A stretch of DNA of 64,000 nt from Pedobacter sp. (GCA_050253415.1 JBFWJC010000003.1:128001-192000), one strand, 5' to 3'; positions 19,096 through 29,740 are shown, counted from the first letter of the stretch. The notes: generated from the sequence alone by a model not told the origin. Numbers and translations are program-made.

Positions 19096-19787
19096 ATGTC
19101 ACAGGAAATGCGGTCTATTACCAAAACCACCTTCCGGGTGCAGGGTATGCATTGCACTTCCTGTGCGCAGAGCCTGGAAAAAAATTTACGCCAGATCGAT
19201 GGGGTATCTTCGGCTCGGGTTAATTTTGCCGTGGAAAAGGCATCGGTGCATTTCGCTGCCTCTGTGGTGGATAAATCAGAGCTGTTTGCTGCTGTGCGCG
19301 CGGCCGGTTTCAGACCGCTGACTGCCCGTAGCGCTATTGATGAAGCCCGGCAGGAACGTACCGAGCGACTCTGGTTGGTTTTTTCCGCAATGTTGACTCT
19401 GCCTGTTTTGCCGCTGATGTGGTGGCATCCTTTCGGGGCAAAAACCCTCTATGTCATTGTCGGGTTGGCCACCGTCGTCCAGTTCAGCGCCGGACTTACC
19501 TTCTATCGTGGCGCATGGCAATCCTTATGTAACCGCTCCGCCAACATGGATGTGTTGGTGGCTCTCGGAATCCGTGCGGCCAGGGGGTATTCAATCATAT
19601 GTTCTGGGCGTTTTTTTACAATATGGTAGGCATACCGGTTGCCGCTGGCGTCCTCTATCCGCCGTTCGGGGTGGTTCTCAAACCCGAGTATGCAGGATTG
19701 GCCATGGCTTTGTCGAGCGTCTCGGTGGTGACCAACAGTTTGTTGTTGCGCGGCTACGGGGCACGTTTACGGCGTCGAATCACCTGA
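19096..19787 (+). pseudogene. copA: P1B-type (CopA-like) heavy-metal ATPase remnant with large internal deletion and frameshift
   Basis: HMA motif GMHCTSC and [10 protein letters not shown] in one frame, joined out of frame near 19595 to the C-terminal [40 protein letters not shown] and GDGxND motifs are absent. Confidence 0.9.
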
Positions 19788-19797
19788 GGAGGGTTCC

Positions 19798-20259
19798 ATG
19801 CGTCAGCGGATGATCGGGGTTATTGGGGCGGGTACGGCTACAGCCACAGGTTATGAAGCAGCCCGTCAGGTAGGGCGTCTGATTGCCGAGGCCGGTGCGG
19901 TGCTGGTATGTGGCGGACTCGGCGGTGTCATGGAAGCTGCCTGTCGTGGCGCCTGCGAGGCCGGCGGACAGACCCTTGGCCTTTTACCCGGTCCCGAAGC
20001 AGCGCAGGCCAATCCATGGGTGACTCTGGCGGTGCCCACCAATCTTGGACATGCACGCAATGTAATCATTGCCCACACCGCCCAGGCGTTGATCGCCGTG
20101 GAGGGAGAGTTTGGAACCCTGTCGGAAATGGCTATCGGTCTCAAACTGGGTAAGCCGGTCGTGGCGCTTGGCAGTTGGCCCGGATTGCCCGGTGTGATTT
20201 ATACCAATACGCCCGCGGAGGCCGCTGCAAGAGCTATGGCAGCCATTGAAGACTTGTAA
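19798..20259 (+). CDS. TIGR00725 (LOG/SLOG superfamily) protein
   Basis: IGVIG, CGGLGGVMEAA, ARNVII, GTLSEMAIGL; SD GAGGAGG. Confidence 0.88.
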   Translation: MRQRMIGVIGAGTATATGYEAARQVGRLIAEAGAVLVCGGLGGVMEAACRGACEAGGQTLGLLPGPEAAQANPWVTLAVPTNLGHARNVIIAHTAQALIAVEGEFGTLSEMAIGLKLGKPVVALGSWPGLPGVIYTNTPAEAAARAMAAIEDL

Positions 20260-20288
20260 ATAAAAATACCTTTAGCGTGAGGAATGCA

Positions 20289-21338
20289 ATGACGGCTGAA
20301 GCGATGGTGGATTTGAAACATACCCTGGAGTTTACCGAGAAGTTTCTGGGCTGGATGCGCGGTCGCGGCGCGGTTTTGATCGTCACCCACGACCATCCCG
20401 ACCCTGATTCGCTGGCGGCGGCCATGGCTCTTAAACACCTGATCACGATAAAAACCGGTCAACCCACCACCGTGGCTTTCGGCGGGATGATAGGCCGGGG
20501 GGAAAATCGGGTCATGGTGGAGAAACTGGAAATCGACGTGGTTCCGCTTGATTCCCTTGATCTGAATCGTTTTCAGGTGGTGTGCATGGTCGATAGCCAG
20601 CCGGGCACGGGAAACAATTCCTTCCCGCGGGAGCGCAAGGTTGATCTGGTCATCGATCATCATCCCGCTCGCGAGTCGTGCCAGGATGTACGCTGGGTCG
20701 ATGTGCGCGACGAATACGGTGCAACCGCTACCATGTTGTACGAATATCTTGAGGCGCAACAGGTATCGTTCGGGACCAAACTCGCCACTATCCTGTTTTA
20801 TGCCATAAAATCCGAGACCCAGGATCTCGGTCGTGACTGGATCCGGGCAGACCGACGCGCCTACCTGCAGCTATTGCCGTTGGTCAATAACAGCATCCTG
20901 TTCGATATTATTCACCCTGAGGTTCCACGTGCTTATTTCGCCCACTTCAGTCATGCCATTCGTAATGCCATAATTTACAAAGATGCTCTGGTGTTCAATC
21001 TTTATGAGATTGACACCCCGGATATGGTTGCCGAACTTGCCGATTTCCTGTTGCGGGTTGACGAGGTCAAGGTAGTACTTGGAATGGGACATTATAAGCG
21101 GAGTATGGCATTGTCGTTTCGCACCTTGCGCCACGACCTCAATGCTGGTGAAATTCTGCAGTCCGTTGTCGCCGGTCTGGGCACGGCTGGCGGACACGGC
21201 ATGATTGCGGGCGGTCAGATCCCCTGCATTGCCGGTGACCGGGAAACACTCCAGCAGCTGGAACAGACACTTACTCACCGTTTACTGCAGGAGTTGGGTT
21301 GCTACCCTGTGCCCGGCCTGCCGTTGGTGGCCGAATAA
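20289..21338 (+). CDS. DHH/DHHA1 family phosphoesterase
   Basis: THDHPDPDS, MVDSQ, IDHH, AGGHGMIAG; start codon uncertain (20277, 20289 or 20304). Confidence 0.88.
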   Translation: MTAEAMVDLKHTLEFTEKFLGWMRGRGAVLIVTHDHPDPDSLAAAMALKHLITIKTGQPTTVAFGGMIGRGENRVMVEKLEIDVVPLDSLDLNRFQVVCMVDSQPGTGNNSFPRERKVDLVIDHHPARESCQDVRWVDVRDEYGATATMLYEYLEAQQVSFGTKLATILFYAIKSETQDLGRDWIRADRRAYLQLLPLVNNSILFDIIHPEVPRAYFAHFSHAIRNAIIYKDALVFNLYEIDTPDMVAELADFLLRVDEVKVVLGMGHYKRSMALSFRTLRHDLNAGEILQSVVAGLGTAGGHGMIAGGQIPCIAGDRETLQQLEQTLTHRLLQELGCYPVPGLPLVAE

Positions 21339-21359
21339 AACGGATAGGTCCGTTTTATT
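21334..21359 (+). terminator. Terminator-like hairpin after the DHH gene
   Basis: AATAAAACGGA-tagg-TCCGTTTTATT, overlapping a TTGACA-18-TATAAG promoter candidate (21358-21387). Confidence 0.55.
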
Positions 21360-21413
21360 GACATGGGAAGAAGCGCCGAGGTATAAGAAACGGCTCGAAC
21401 CGAAGAGGAGACT

Positions 21414-22487
21414 ATGATCCGTTTTTTGATTCCCATATTGAGTTTACTGTTGGTCCTGCCTGCTCACGCGGCTGTGGAAGTTATTTTGGAAGGGCAGCCC
21501 CCGGTACGGATTCAAGAGGTGTATCACCGCGATGGTATGGCTTATCTGGCCATTGACGATGTGTTGCCCGTGCTAGGTTTGAAGGGGCGCTGGCAGTCGG
21601 TTGAACATGTCTATGAAATCACGACGCCACAGGGCCGCGCCATTATTTCTCCCGGGAGTCATTTTTTGCGCATTGGCAGCCAGATGATTCCTCTTGCCCA
21701 ACCACCGCGATTTGTGGACGGACGCTTGCGGATATCGGAAAGTTTTCTTCAGAACCAACTTGTTGGCCTGGTGAATCGCTCGGTGGTTTATCGCAATCTT
21801 GATCCCAACAATACCCAGGATCCTAATCCCGGTACACAACTCGATCGCCTGTTTGCTTTTTTGCTGAAGCGCGAACCCGCCGATGCAAAGGATCTCAGGG
21901 CGGTAACCAAAATTGCTATTGACCCAGGGCATGGCGGAGAAGACCCGGGTGCCATCGGGGTAGGCGGTATCAAGGAAAAACAGGTTACCCTGGCCATCGC
22001 CCAAAAGGTGGCAAGGCAGATCAAGATGCAGCTTGGTATGCCGGTTGTCCTGGCCCGTAATGACGATTATGCCCTCACACAGGATCAGAGGCTGCAAGCC
22101 TTTTCCCAATCAGGCGCCGATGTGTTGATGGTGTTGCATGCCCAGGCATCCTTCGCTTCGTCTCCCCATGGTATTGTTCTGTTCGTACGGCCCCGTGAGG
22201 AACAGGCTTCCGGTACCGTAGCGGAGAATGATGGCAGTATGCAATTGGCTCAGACTCTCAAATCGTCCCTGTTGGCAGCGGGATTGCCGGTGCAGGGTAT
22301 TCTAAGGGCCCCGTTGTTGCCTTTGGGACGCGGTGATTTGCCCACAGTATTGGTGGAAGTGGGGTATCTGAGCCATGTCGACGATCAGGCTCGCCTGACC
22401 GTAGAAGAGGGGCAAAGTGCTATAGCCGCAGCTCTGTTTAATGGTCTCAACACCTTTGCCGAAAAAAAGCAGGAGGATTTTCTGTGA
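21414..22487 (+). CDS. N-acetylmuramoyl-L-alanine amidase (Amidase_3)
   Basis: Signal peptide ending [29 protein letters not shown]. Confidence 0.88.
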   Translation: MIRFLIPILSLLLVLPAHAAVEVILEGQPPVRIQEVYHRDGMAYLAIDDVLPVLGLKGRWQSVEHVYEITTPQGRAIISPGSHFLRIGSQMIPLAQPPRFVDGRLRISESFLQNQLVGLVNRSVVYRNLDPNNTQDPNPGTQLDRLFAFLLKREPADAKDLRAVTKIAIDPGHGGEDPGAIGVGGIKEKQVTLAIAQKVARQIKMQLGMPVVLARNDDYALTQDQRLQAFSQSGADVLMVLHAQASFASSPHGIVLFVRPREEQASGTVAENDGSMQLAQTLKSSLLAAGLPVQGILRAPLLPLGRGDLPTVLVEVGYLSHVDDQARLTVEEGQSAIAAALFNGLNTFAEKKQEDFL

Positions 22488-23218
22488 GTGATTCCGTAAC
22501 CCGTCGTGCCGATGGTCGAACTCCCTCCGAGTTGCGAACCGTATATTTCAGTCGTGGTTTTACCCGCTATGCCGAGGGATCGGTGCTGGTATCGTTCGGA
22601 GAAACCCGAGTTTTGTGCAATGCTACCGTCGAGGATGGCGTGCCGTCATTTCTTCGCGGTCAGGGGCAGGGCTGGATCACCGCGGAATATTCCATGTTGC
22701 CTCGCGCAACCCATGTGCGCTCTTCGCGGGAAGCAACGCGTGGCAAAGTGAGTGGCCGCACCAGTGAAATTCAACGCCTGATCGGTCGTTCCCTGCGGGC
22801 AATCTGTGACCTTGAGGCTCTTGGAGAAAGGACCATCCTCATCGACTGCGATGTTCTGCAGGCCGATGGCGGCACGCGAACAGCTGCTATTACCGGCGCC
22901 TACGTGGCTTTGCACGATGCCATTTACGGCCTGATTCGGGAAAACCACCTGGTTGACTCACCGCTACGCGATAGCGTTTCTGCCGTGAGTGTCGGCTTGG
23001 TCGATGGACATCCGCTGCTGGATCTTGATTATGGCGAGGATTTCCGGGCCGAGGTCGATATGAATTTTGTTATTACCGGGTCCGGGACTTTTGTCGAGGT
23101 GCAGGGAACTGCCGAGGAACGCCCCTTTACCATGCAGGAACTGGACGACTTACGCAATCTGGCCCTGGCGGGCTGCCGGGATTTAAACCGGTTGCAGCTT
23201 CAGTCTCTGGAGGCATAA
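22484..23218 (+). CDS. rph: Ribonuclease PH
   Basis: [47 protein letters not shown]. Confidence 0.97.
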   Translation: MSDSVTRRADGRTPSELRTVYFSRGFTRYAEGSVLVSFGETRVLCNATVEDGVPSFLRGQGQGWITAEYSMLPRATHVRSSREATRGKVSGRTSEIQRLIGRSLRAICDLEALGERTILIDCDVLQADGGTRTAAITGAYVALHDAIYGLIRENHLVDSPLRDSVSAVSVGLVDGHPLLDLDYGEDFRAEVDMNFVITGSGTFVEVQGTAEERPFTMQELDDLRNLALAGCRDLNRLQLQSLEA

Positions 23219-23220
23219 CG

Positions 23221-23811
23221 ATGGAACTGCTGGTTGCGACACGTAATATCGGTAAGTTAAAGGAAATACAGCGGTTGCTGACTGATACCGGCATTATTGT
23301 CAAAGGGTTGGAGGAGTGCGGCGATCTTCCCGACGTTGTGGAAGATGGCGATACGTTCGCGGCCAATGCCCATAAAAAGGCTGCCATCATGGCTCAATTG
23401 ACCGGTTATCTCACCCTTGCGGATGATTCCGGTTTGGCGGTCGAGGCGCTCGACGGCCGACCGGGTATCTATTCAGCCCGTTATGCCGGCGATTGCGCTT
23501 CGGATGCCGATAATAATCGTAAGTTGCTTGAGGATATGGCCGATGTGGCTTTCAGTCATCGTCAAGCGGCTTTCCATTGCGTGCTGGCCCTGTGCACCCC
23601 TGATGGCGACTGCCAGCTGTTCGAGGGGCGTCTTGACGGGATGATTCTTGAGCAGGCCAGGGGGGATGGAGGCTTTGGTTACGATCCGCTGTTTCTGGTA
23701 CCTGAATACGGTCGAACCCTTGCGGAATTGCCGCTGGAGATAAAAAACCGCATAAGTCACCGAGGTCAGGCATTCAAACGTCTTGGCGAATATCTCCGAA
23801 AGAGCCATTAG
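23221..23811 (+). CDS. rdgB: XTP/dITP diphosphatase
   Basis: [37 protein letters not shown]; classic rph-rdgB pair. Confidence 0.96.
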   Translation: MELLVATRNIGKLKEIQRLLTDTGIIVKGLEECGDLPDVVEDGDTFAANAHKKAAIMAQLTGYLTLADDSGLAVEALDGRPGIYSARYAGDCASDADNNRKLLEDMADVAFSHRQAAFHCVLALCTPDGDCQLFEGRLDGMILEQARGDGGFGYDPLFLVPEYGRTLAELPLEIKNRISHRGQAFKRLGEYLRKSH

Positions 23812-24046
23812 TTTTCCTTTCAACTTTCTTCCCTTTATATCCCCCCCATCCGAATTGTCGCACATAATCCTTTTGTGTAGTCCCCGGCCCGAGCCGGGGA
23901 CTGTGCTCCAAGGTTTTTCTCATCACCACTACTGCAAGTAGAATGTTGCTCACCCGTTGTGCAGGTTTTTGCGGGCTGTGGTTGCATCGGCGCCAATATG
24001 CTGCATAATTAACAGCGATATGTATTTTCACCATGATAGAGGGCTC

Positions 24047-24574
24047 TTGGCTATTTTTCGTTTCCTGTTCGTATCGATGTGCGCTTTGCTGTTCTGCCCC
24101 GGTTGTGGCAGCGTGCAGAAACCGCCCAGTGTGGTCGGCAGCATCGATCTTCAGCGTTATTCAGGCACATGGTACGAAATTGCTCGTTATCCAAACCGGT
24201 TTGAAAAAGGCTGCGAAGGGGTAACAGCGACCTATCGGATGGTTGAGGATGGCAGTCTGGAGGTCATCAATCGTTGTCGTCGCGCGGATTCCGAAGGGAG
24301 TGTCAGTGAGATCAAGGGGCGCGCCAAAGTTCACGATGAGCAGAGTCCTGCTAAATTCAAGGTGACCTTTTTCTGGCCCTTTTACGGTCACTATTGGATT
24401 ATCGACTTGGCGGATGATTACAGTTGGGCAGTCATCGGGCACCCGAGGAGGAAGTATCTATGGATCCTTGCCCGACAAGCGCACCTGGAAAAGGATGTGC
24501 TTCAAAAAATTCTGTTACGCATAGTCGTCCAGGGTTACGACCCTGAAAGACTCATTTATCCGAAGCAGCCATGA
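24047..24574 (+). CDS. blc: Bacterial lipocalin (Blc-like lipoprotein)
   Basis: RYSGTWYEIAR, VTFFWPFYGHYWII, YLWILAR; lipobox-like CPGC; start TTG 24047 or ATG 24020. Confidence 0.88.
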   Translation: MAIFRFLFVSMCALLFCPGCGSVQKPPSVVGSIDLQRYSGTWYEIARYPNRFEKGCEGVTATYRMVEDGSLEVINRCRRADSEGSVSEIKGRAKVHDEQSPAKFKVTFFWPFYGHYWIIDLADDYSWAVIGHPRRKYLWILARQAHLEKDVLQKILLRIVVQGYDPERLIYPKQP

Positions 24575-24646
24575 AAAGATCCGTTTCAATCGACACAGTC
24601 ATGGAAACGGGTAGGTAATCACCCTAACCTAGAGGGAGGTGGAGCA

Positions 24647-24955
24647 ATGCGAAAATGGCAAATACTATTGGGAGGCGCCGCTTTATCGGTCATGGTTCTA
24701 AGTGGATGTTCAGCGCAGCTCAGTGCCACCGATCGTGAATTGGTCAATCAGGCCGTGCAATCCGGTCAGATGGCTGCGGACCAGGCTCAGAAGGCTCAAG
24801 TGTCCGCCGGTATGGCAAGCGATGCGGCAATGCGCGCCGAAGAATCCGCCCAGCGAGCTGAAGCTGCTTCAGCCCAGGCGGACAAAAGCGCCGCCGCTGC
24901 TCAAGCCAGCGCTGAGAAAGCGGAGCGCGCTTTTGAAATGTGTCAGAAAAAATAA
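24647..24955 (+). CDS. Alanine-zipper lipoprotein (Lpp/OprI-like)
   Basis: Lipobox LSGC, Ala-rich heptads, C-terminal QKK; strong SD GGAGG. Confidence 0.82.
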   Translation: MRKWQILLGGAALSVMVLSGCSAQLSATDRELVNQAVQSGQMAADQAQKAQVSAGMASDAAMRAEESAQRAEAASAQADKSAAAAQASAEKAERAFEMCQKK

Positions 24956-24972
24956 TCAGGAGGTTTTCCCAC

Positions 24973-25008
24973 AATGCCCTGCAGTGCAAGCTGTGGGGCA
25001 TTTTTTTT
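24973..25008 (+). terminator. Intrinsic terminator after the lipoprotein gene
   Basis: AATGCCCTGCAG-loop-CTGTGGGGCATT followed by T8. Confidence 0.8.
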
Positions 25009-25113
25009 GCATGGGTGGGATAGCGCAAAAGTCCCCATCCTGGTATTGCCTAAAAAACATGATGGGAATGAAGCAATGATTTTTCAATCCAATATCCATG
25101 AAGGTTCTTTCCT

Positions 25114-26082
25114 ATGTCATGTCTTATTACGGCAATAATTTGTACGCATAATCGGGCAGACTATTTATCTCGGGCGCTGGACAGCCTGGTTTGCCAAAGT
25201 CTGCCGCTGGATCAATACGAAATACTGGTTGTGGACAATGCGTCAACGGATGGTACTGCGTCGTTGGTTCGCGAGTATCAGGCAAAGTATCCACACCTGG
25301 GTTATCTGCGGGAGGATAACCTGGGCTTGTCGATTGCGCGAAATCGCGGCTGGCAGGCAGCGCGGGCGGATTACGTGGCGTTTCTGGACGATGATGCCGC
25401 AGCGTGCCACGAATGGCTTGAAACACTATTGGAGGTTTTTCAAAGGATTACGCCGACCCCTGGATTTATTGGGGGCAAGGTTACTCTGGATTGGGAAACA
25501 TCACGTCCTGCCTGGCTGACCGATTCAATGTTGTCTCCACTGGCCTATCTTGACTACGGCGAACTAGGTCGTTATTTGCAGGACGAATATCTGTGGGGGG
25601 TGAACATTGCCTTTCCCCGAGCGTTGCTGGAAAGTGTCGGCGGATTTGCTGAGAACCTGGGGCGTAAAGGTGAATGCTTGATTTCAAATGAAGAAACCTT
25701 GCTTCAGGACAAACTGTGCGCCATGGGTTATAAGGGCTATTACCAGCCCGAAGCCGGGGTTGCGCATTTAGTGCATCACAGCCGGCTTAGGAAAAGTTGG
25801 TATCGGCGCAGATATTTCTGGCAGGGGTATTCGGATGTTCTTTCACTTATCTCAAATGACGCGCCTGTTGAGAAGAACGTTTTTCTATCCTTGCTGAAAG
25901 AGGTGTGGGCATTGCTCTGGCGGGTGAAGAAGGGCTACAAGTGCTTGCTACCCTATAAAAAATTCAATGGCCTGCGTTATCAGTTGCAGGTAGCCAAAAG
26001 CTTCGGGGCCGTGGTCGCCTGGTACAGGCTGATGTACTTCCCTGAACGTTATTGCAATAGCGGGATTGTGAAGGAACGTTGA
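25114..26082 (+). CDS. Glycosyltransferase family 2
   Basis: IICTHNR, VVDNASTDGT, GLSIARNRG, FLDDD. Confidence 0.92.
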   Translation: MSCLITAIICTHNRADYLSRALDSLVCQSLPLDQYEILVVDNASTDGTASLVREYQAKYPHLGYLREDNLGLSIARNRGWQAARADYVAFLDDDAAACHEWLETLLEVFQRITPTPGFIGGKVTLDWETSRPAWLTDSMLSPLAYLDYGELGRYLQDEYLWGVNIAFPRALLESVGGFAENLGRKGECLISNEETLLQDKLCAMGYKGYYQPEAGVAHLVHHSRLRKSWYRRRYFWQGYSDVLSLISNDAPVEKNVFLSLLKEVWALLWRVKKGYKCLLPYKKFNGLRYQLQVAKSFGAVVAWYRLMYFPERYCNSGIVKER

Positions 26083-26093
26083 CGCTGGGATGA

Positions 26094-26999
26094 TTAATCC
26101 TGGGATATGACGGTAGGCACGCCACGGCCCAGATGAATTTCTTTTTCTACAACATCCCGGTTCACTTGGCCTTGACCGGTGATTTGTGTAATCCGCTGCA
26201 GAGTTTCCTCCAGTAAAACCTGGTCGCTGATAGTGTCCGAACGATGAACCTCCATCAGCAGCTTACCGTTGTGCATGCCGATTTTAACCGGTTGCCATAA
26301 AATACGGACGGCGTCCCCGACTTTTACACGGGCAAACAGGTCTCTTATATCCCAGGGATAAAGGCGCAGACAACCGTGACTGATGCGGCGGCCAACCCCG
26401 TACGGTTTACTGGTACCATGAATGCCGTAACCGGGTGCCGAAAGGCCGATCCAATATTCCCCCAGAGGGTTTTCGGGACCGGGGGGAATGCTGGCGGGAA
26501 GTTTCGGGTTTTCCAACCGTATGGACGCCGGGGGATGCCAGGCAGGATGAACTATTTTTTCAATGACTTCAAAGGACCCTTCGGGCGTGTCCCATCCCGA
26601 TCTGCCAATGCCTACCGGATAAACGCGTACCCGCAACCTGCTTTGTTCCTGCCAAACGTAATAGAGACGAAGTTCCGCCAAATTGATGGTGATGCCGGGT
26701 TGGATGTCTGCGGGTAGTAAAAAGGCATAAGGTAGCAAAATCCGTGTGCCATCCTGAGGTAACCAGGGGTCAACTTCTGGATTGGCGTTGCGTAAAGCGA
26801 GGTATCCCAGCCCCCCTTGGAGGGCAAGTTCAATTAAAGTATCCCCGGGCCGCGTATGATAAACCCGGTGCCTGCCAATCAGCGGGGATCCGCCGATTTG
26901 TGGAAGCAGGCTTTCGTCAGGCTGGATGGGATACCAGCCGTAGACGGTATTGCAACATAGGCATATTACGCCGAAAATACATGCAAATAATTTTCTCAT
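26094..26999 (-). CDS. L,D-transpeptidase, ErfK/YbiS type with LysM-like N-terminal domain
   Basis: Signal peptide; ANPEVDPWLP, INLAELRLYY, YPVGIGR, PGPENPLG, catalytic IHGT..SHGCLRL. Confidence 0.93.
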   Translation of the reverse strand: MRKLFACIFGVICLCCNTVYGWYPIQPDESLLPQIGGSPLIGRHRVYHTRPGDTLIELALQGGLGYLALRNANPEVDPWLPQDGTRILLPYAFLLPADIQPGITINLAELRLYYVWQEQSRLRVRVYPVGIGRSGWDTPEGSFEVIEKIVHPAWHPPASIRLENPKLPASIPPGPENPLGEYWIGLSAPGYGIHGTSKPYGVGRRISHGCLRLYPWDIRDLFARVKVGDAVRILWQPVKIGMHNGKLLMEVHRSDTISDQVLLEETLQRITQITGQGQVNRDVVEKEIHLGRGVPTVISQD

Positions 27000-27773
27000 G
27001 GGCCAGACTATACCGTAATCATGTTTCTTGGAAAAGATACTTTTGCCTAAAGATCTGAACCGTCAGCCGTTTGAAATCATTTGAAGATATGTGGGGAAAT
27101 GGCCAGGTGGCCAACACATGTTGCCAAAAATTGACCCGTAAATACACGTTCGGAATAACCGCTCAAGGCTCAGACGGCCACTAATCCCTTGCATAAAAAA
27201 TTGTAGATTATTTTTTTTATCCTGAAAAAAAATATTTGTCTGTTATTATTCTAGGAATACCTTGTCTTGTTTTATGCAGAGCAGCCGTTTATAGTCAGTT
27301 TGGGTAATCGGGTGTTGCAAAAGTTCGGCACAGGCTGTTTTGCTGCGGCTATTTGTTTGTTGACCGCATTCGGTCGCGTGTATTGTCGATGCGTTGTGAG
27401 GGGCACTTCTTCCGTACAATCCTCCCCATATCCTCCTTCTCGAAGGCCTTTTCGGAAATATTCAATTCCTGAGATAACGCATCCTGTTCTGGCAGTTTTG
27501 ACGGTTTAACAAGTGATGCACATTGCAGGGCAGCGTTTCCGTTTGTCAGAGGGGCAAGATCTTTTGATTTTTCTATGGCTCTGACGCTATGGCTAAAATT
27601 AATGGATGAATAAAATGTCCGTTCTATGGCGAGATGGTCTTTTTACTTACGCGTTCTGCGAATATTTACGAAACAGTTAGCATTGGTTTGATTCCTTGCA
27701 GACGATGGTCTCTGTGCCATGGTCGGGGAGTTCTAAAGTGAGCCAGTATTGCATAAATAATGGATCTGATCTG

Positions 27774-29579
27774 ATGGGGGAGACAAGCGGGTATCTCAAC
27801 CAGGACCTTTCCACGAAAAAGTTTCAGGCCTTATCCGAGGCTTTTGGTGGTGTGCTATATGAGCTCTATCATCCCGGGGGCAAACTGGACTGGTCTGAAC
27901 ATTGTTGGAGAATGTTTGGTTTTTCACGCGAGGAAATGGGCAGCGATATCCAAAGTTGGCTTATGCATATCCACCCGCAGGACCGTGCCCATGCCTTGAA
28001 AGAAATGTATCGGGTGATGCGCGCAGGCCATCCCATGCATATTGAATACCGCGTTCAGCACAGCGAAGGCCATTATCTGTGGGTGCGTGATGACAGTTAT
28101 GTCTGCTGTCGGAGTGACGATAATGTCTGCCATGTCATTGGTTATCTGCAGAATATTACCGAAACCAAACAGCGGCAAAAAGATCTCGGACTTGCGCGAC
28201 GTGCTATCGATTCATCTATCAACGGTATAGCGTTTACGGATATGGAAGGGCGCTTGACCTATGTCAATAAGTCCTTTGTCGATCTTGTGGGGTTTGATAA
28301 GCCTGAAGATATTCTCGGGCAGCAGGTAGGCCATTTTTGGAAGAATCCCAAAAAGGCCCGCGTAGTTTTGCGTGCTTTGCAGACATCCAGGGATTGGAGT
28401 GGTGAGATTGTCGCGATGCGTCCCGATGGTAAATCGGTTTATTTTGAAGTTTCGGCCCACGTAGTCGAAGATTCAGAAGGAGAACCTCATTGCTACATGG
28501 CGTCGTTTGTTGATGTCACCGAGCATAAGCAAGCTGAACAGAAGGTTCAGGAATCCGAAGAAAAGTATCGCATGCTGTTTTCTTCCTGCTCGGATGCCAT
28601 TGTTATTTTTGATGCAACGACCTATCGGATTGTCGATGTCAATGAGGCAGCTCTAGCTCTGTACGGTTATACGCGGGAAGAATTCCTGGCTCTTGATGTG
28701 CTGGATCTGAGTGAAGAACCGGAGCAGAGTCGATTTCGCCTGCAGCAGATTGTCAGTGGTGTTCTGCGGCAGTTTCCGCTGGTGAGTCACCGTCGCCAGG
28801 ACGGTAGCAGCTTTGATGTTGAGATCTCCGTGGGGGCTTTTACCTGGAAAAAAAGAAAAGTATTTGCCGCATTTTTGCGGGACGTCAGCGACCGAAAGCG
28901 TATTGAGGAACTCAAGGATGACATGTTGTCAGCCGTCAGTCATGAAATGCGTACGCCCCTGACGGCAATTTTGGGATTTACCGATTATTTGCTGAAATCA
29001 AAGGACAGTCCGGCCGGGCAAAAGGATTATCTGAATATCATTCAACAACAAAGTGAGCGTCTTAAGGAACTGGTGGATAATCATCTCAATCTGCAGCGCC
29101 TGCGCGCAGGCTACGGGGTTGGCAGCATCCATCCGGTAGAAGTTTTCCCCCTGCTGCATGGCGTAGCGAATATGTTTTCCTCTGCCCGTGGACGGGATCG
29201 CATCCGTATCCATTGCCCGGAGGCCTTGCTGCCTGTTCGGGGCGATGAAAACCAGCTCTATCGGGCATTGCATAACCTTATTTCCAACGCCATCAAATAT
29301 TCGCCCGAGGATGAAGAAATAGTTTTGGGGGCCCGTCAGGATAACGACGGGGCTGTTGTTTATGTGAAGGATAAGGGGGTTGGAATTCCTCTGGAACACC
29401 AGACCATGATTTTTGACCGCTTTTTCAGAGTGCAGTCCGAACACCCCAATATGCGAGGCACCGGTTTGGGCTTGTCATTGGTTCAGGAAATCGTCAAAGC
29501 CCACAATGGCAGCATCTGGCTGGAAAGTGCTGTCGGTCAGGGGAGCTGTTTCTATTTAAAACTGCCTTTTTACAACTGA
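27774..29579 (+). CDS. Cytoplasmic multi-PAS histidine kinase (orphan)
   Basis: IHPQDR PAS_3, two more PAS domains, SHEMRTPL, NLISNAIKYS, DKGVGI, GTGLGL; start uncertain. Confidence 0.9.
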   Translation: MGETSGYLNQDLSTKKFQALSEAFGGVLYELYHPGGKLDWSEHCWRMFGFSREEMGSDIQSWLMHIHPQDRAHALKEMYRVMRAGHPMHIEYRVQHSEGHYLWVRDDSYVCCRSDDNVCHVIGYLQNITETKQRQKDLGLARRAIDSSINGIAFTDMEGRLTYVNKSFVDLVGFDKPEDILGQQVGHFWKNPKKARVVLRALQTSRDWSGEIVAMRPDGKSVYFEVSAHVVEDSEGEPHCYMASFVDVTEHKQAEQKVQESEEKYRMLFSSCSDAIVIFDATTYRIVDVNEAALALYGYTREEFLALDVLDLSEEPEQSRFRLQQIVSGVLRQFPLVSHRRQDGSSFDVEISVGAFTWKKRKVFAAFLRDVSDRKRIEELKDDMLSAVSHEMRTPLTAILGFTDYLLKSKDSPAGQKDYLNIIQQQSERLKELVDNHLNLQRLRAGYGVGSIHPVEVFPLLHGVANMFSSARGRDRIRIHCPEALLPVRGDENQLYRALHNLISNAIKYSPEDEEIVLGARQDNDGAVVYVKDKGVGIPLEHQTMIFDRFFRVQSEHPNMRGTGLGLSLVQEIVKAHNGSIWLESAVGQGSCFYLKLPFYN

Positions 29580-29667
29580 TCCTTGACTTTCGCCAGGCAT
29601 GTCGATTCTGTTTTGCAATTTCGCCAATCGTTACAAGGACTTTGCCTTAACGGCGACGGGTAAACAG

Positions 29668-29697
29668 TTGACACTTTTGTCTGCGGCGTTGTATTAT
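29668..29697 (+). promoter_or_regulatory. Sigma70-type promoter for hisI-hisG
   Basis: TTGACA-18 nt-TATTAT. Confidence 0.6.
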
Positions 29698-29740
29698 ATT
29701 CAAGGTTTGTTTAATGCTCACAAAGTTTGGAGGGGTGTCT

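Noticed and set aside
27325..27345. Sigma54 promoter candidate CGGCACAGGCTGTTTTGC
   Set aside because: The GG-to-GC spacing is not the required 10 nt.
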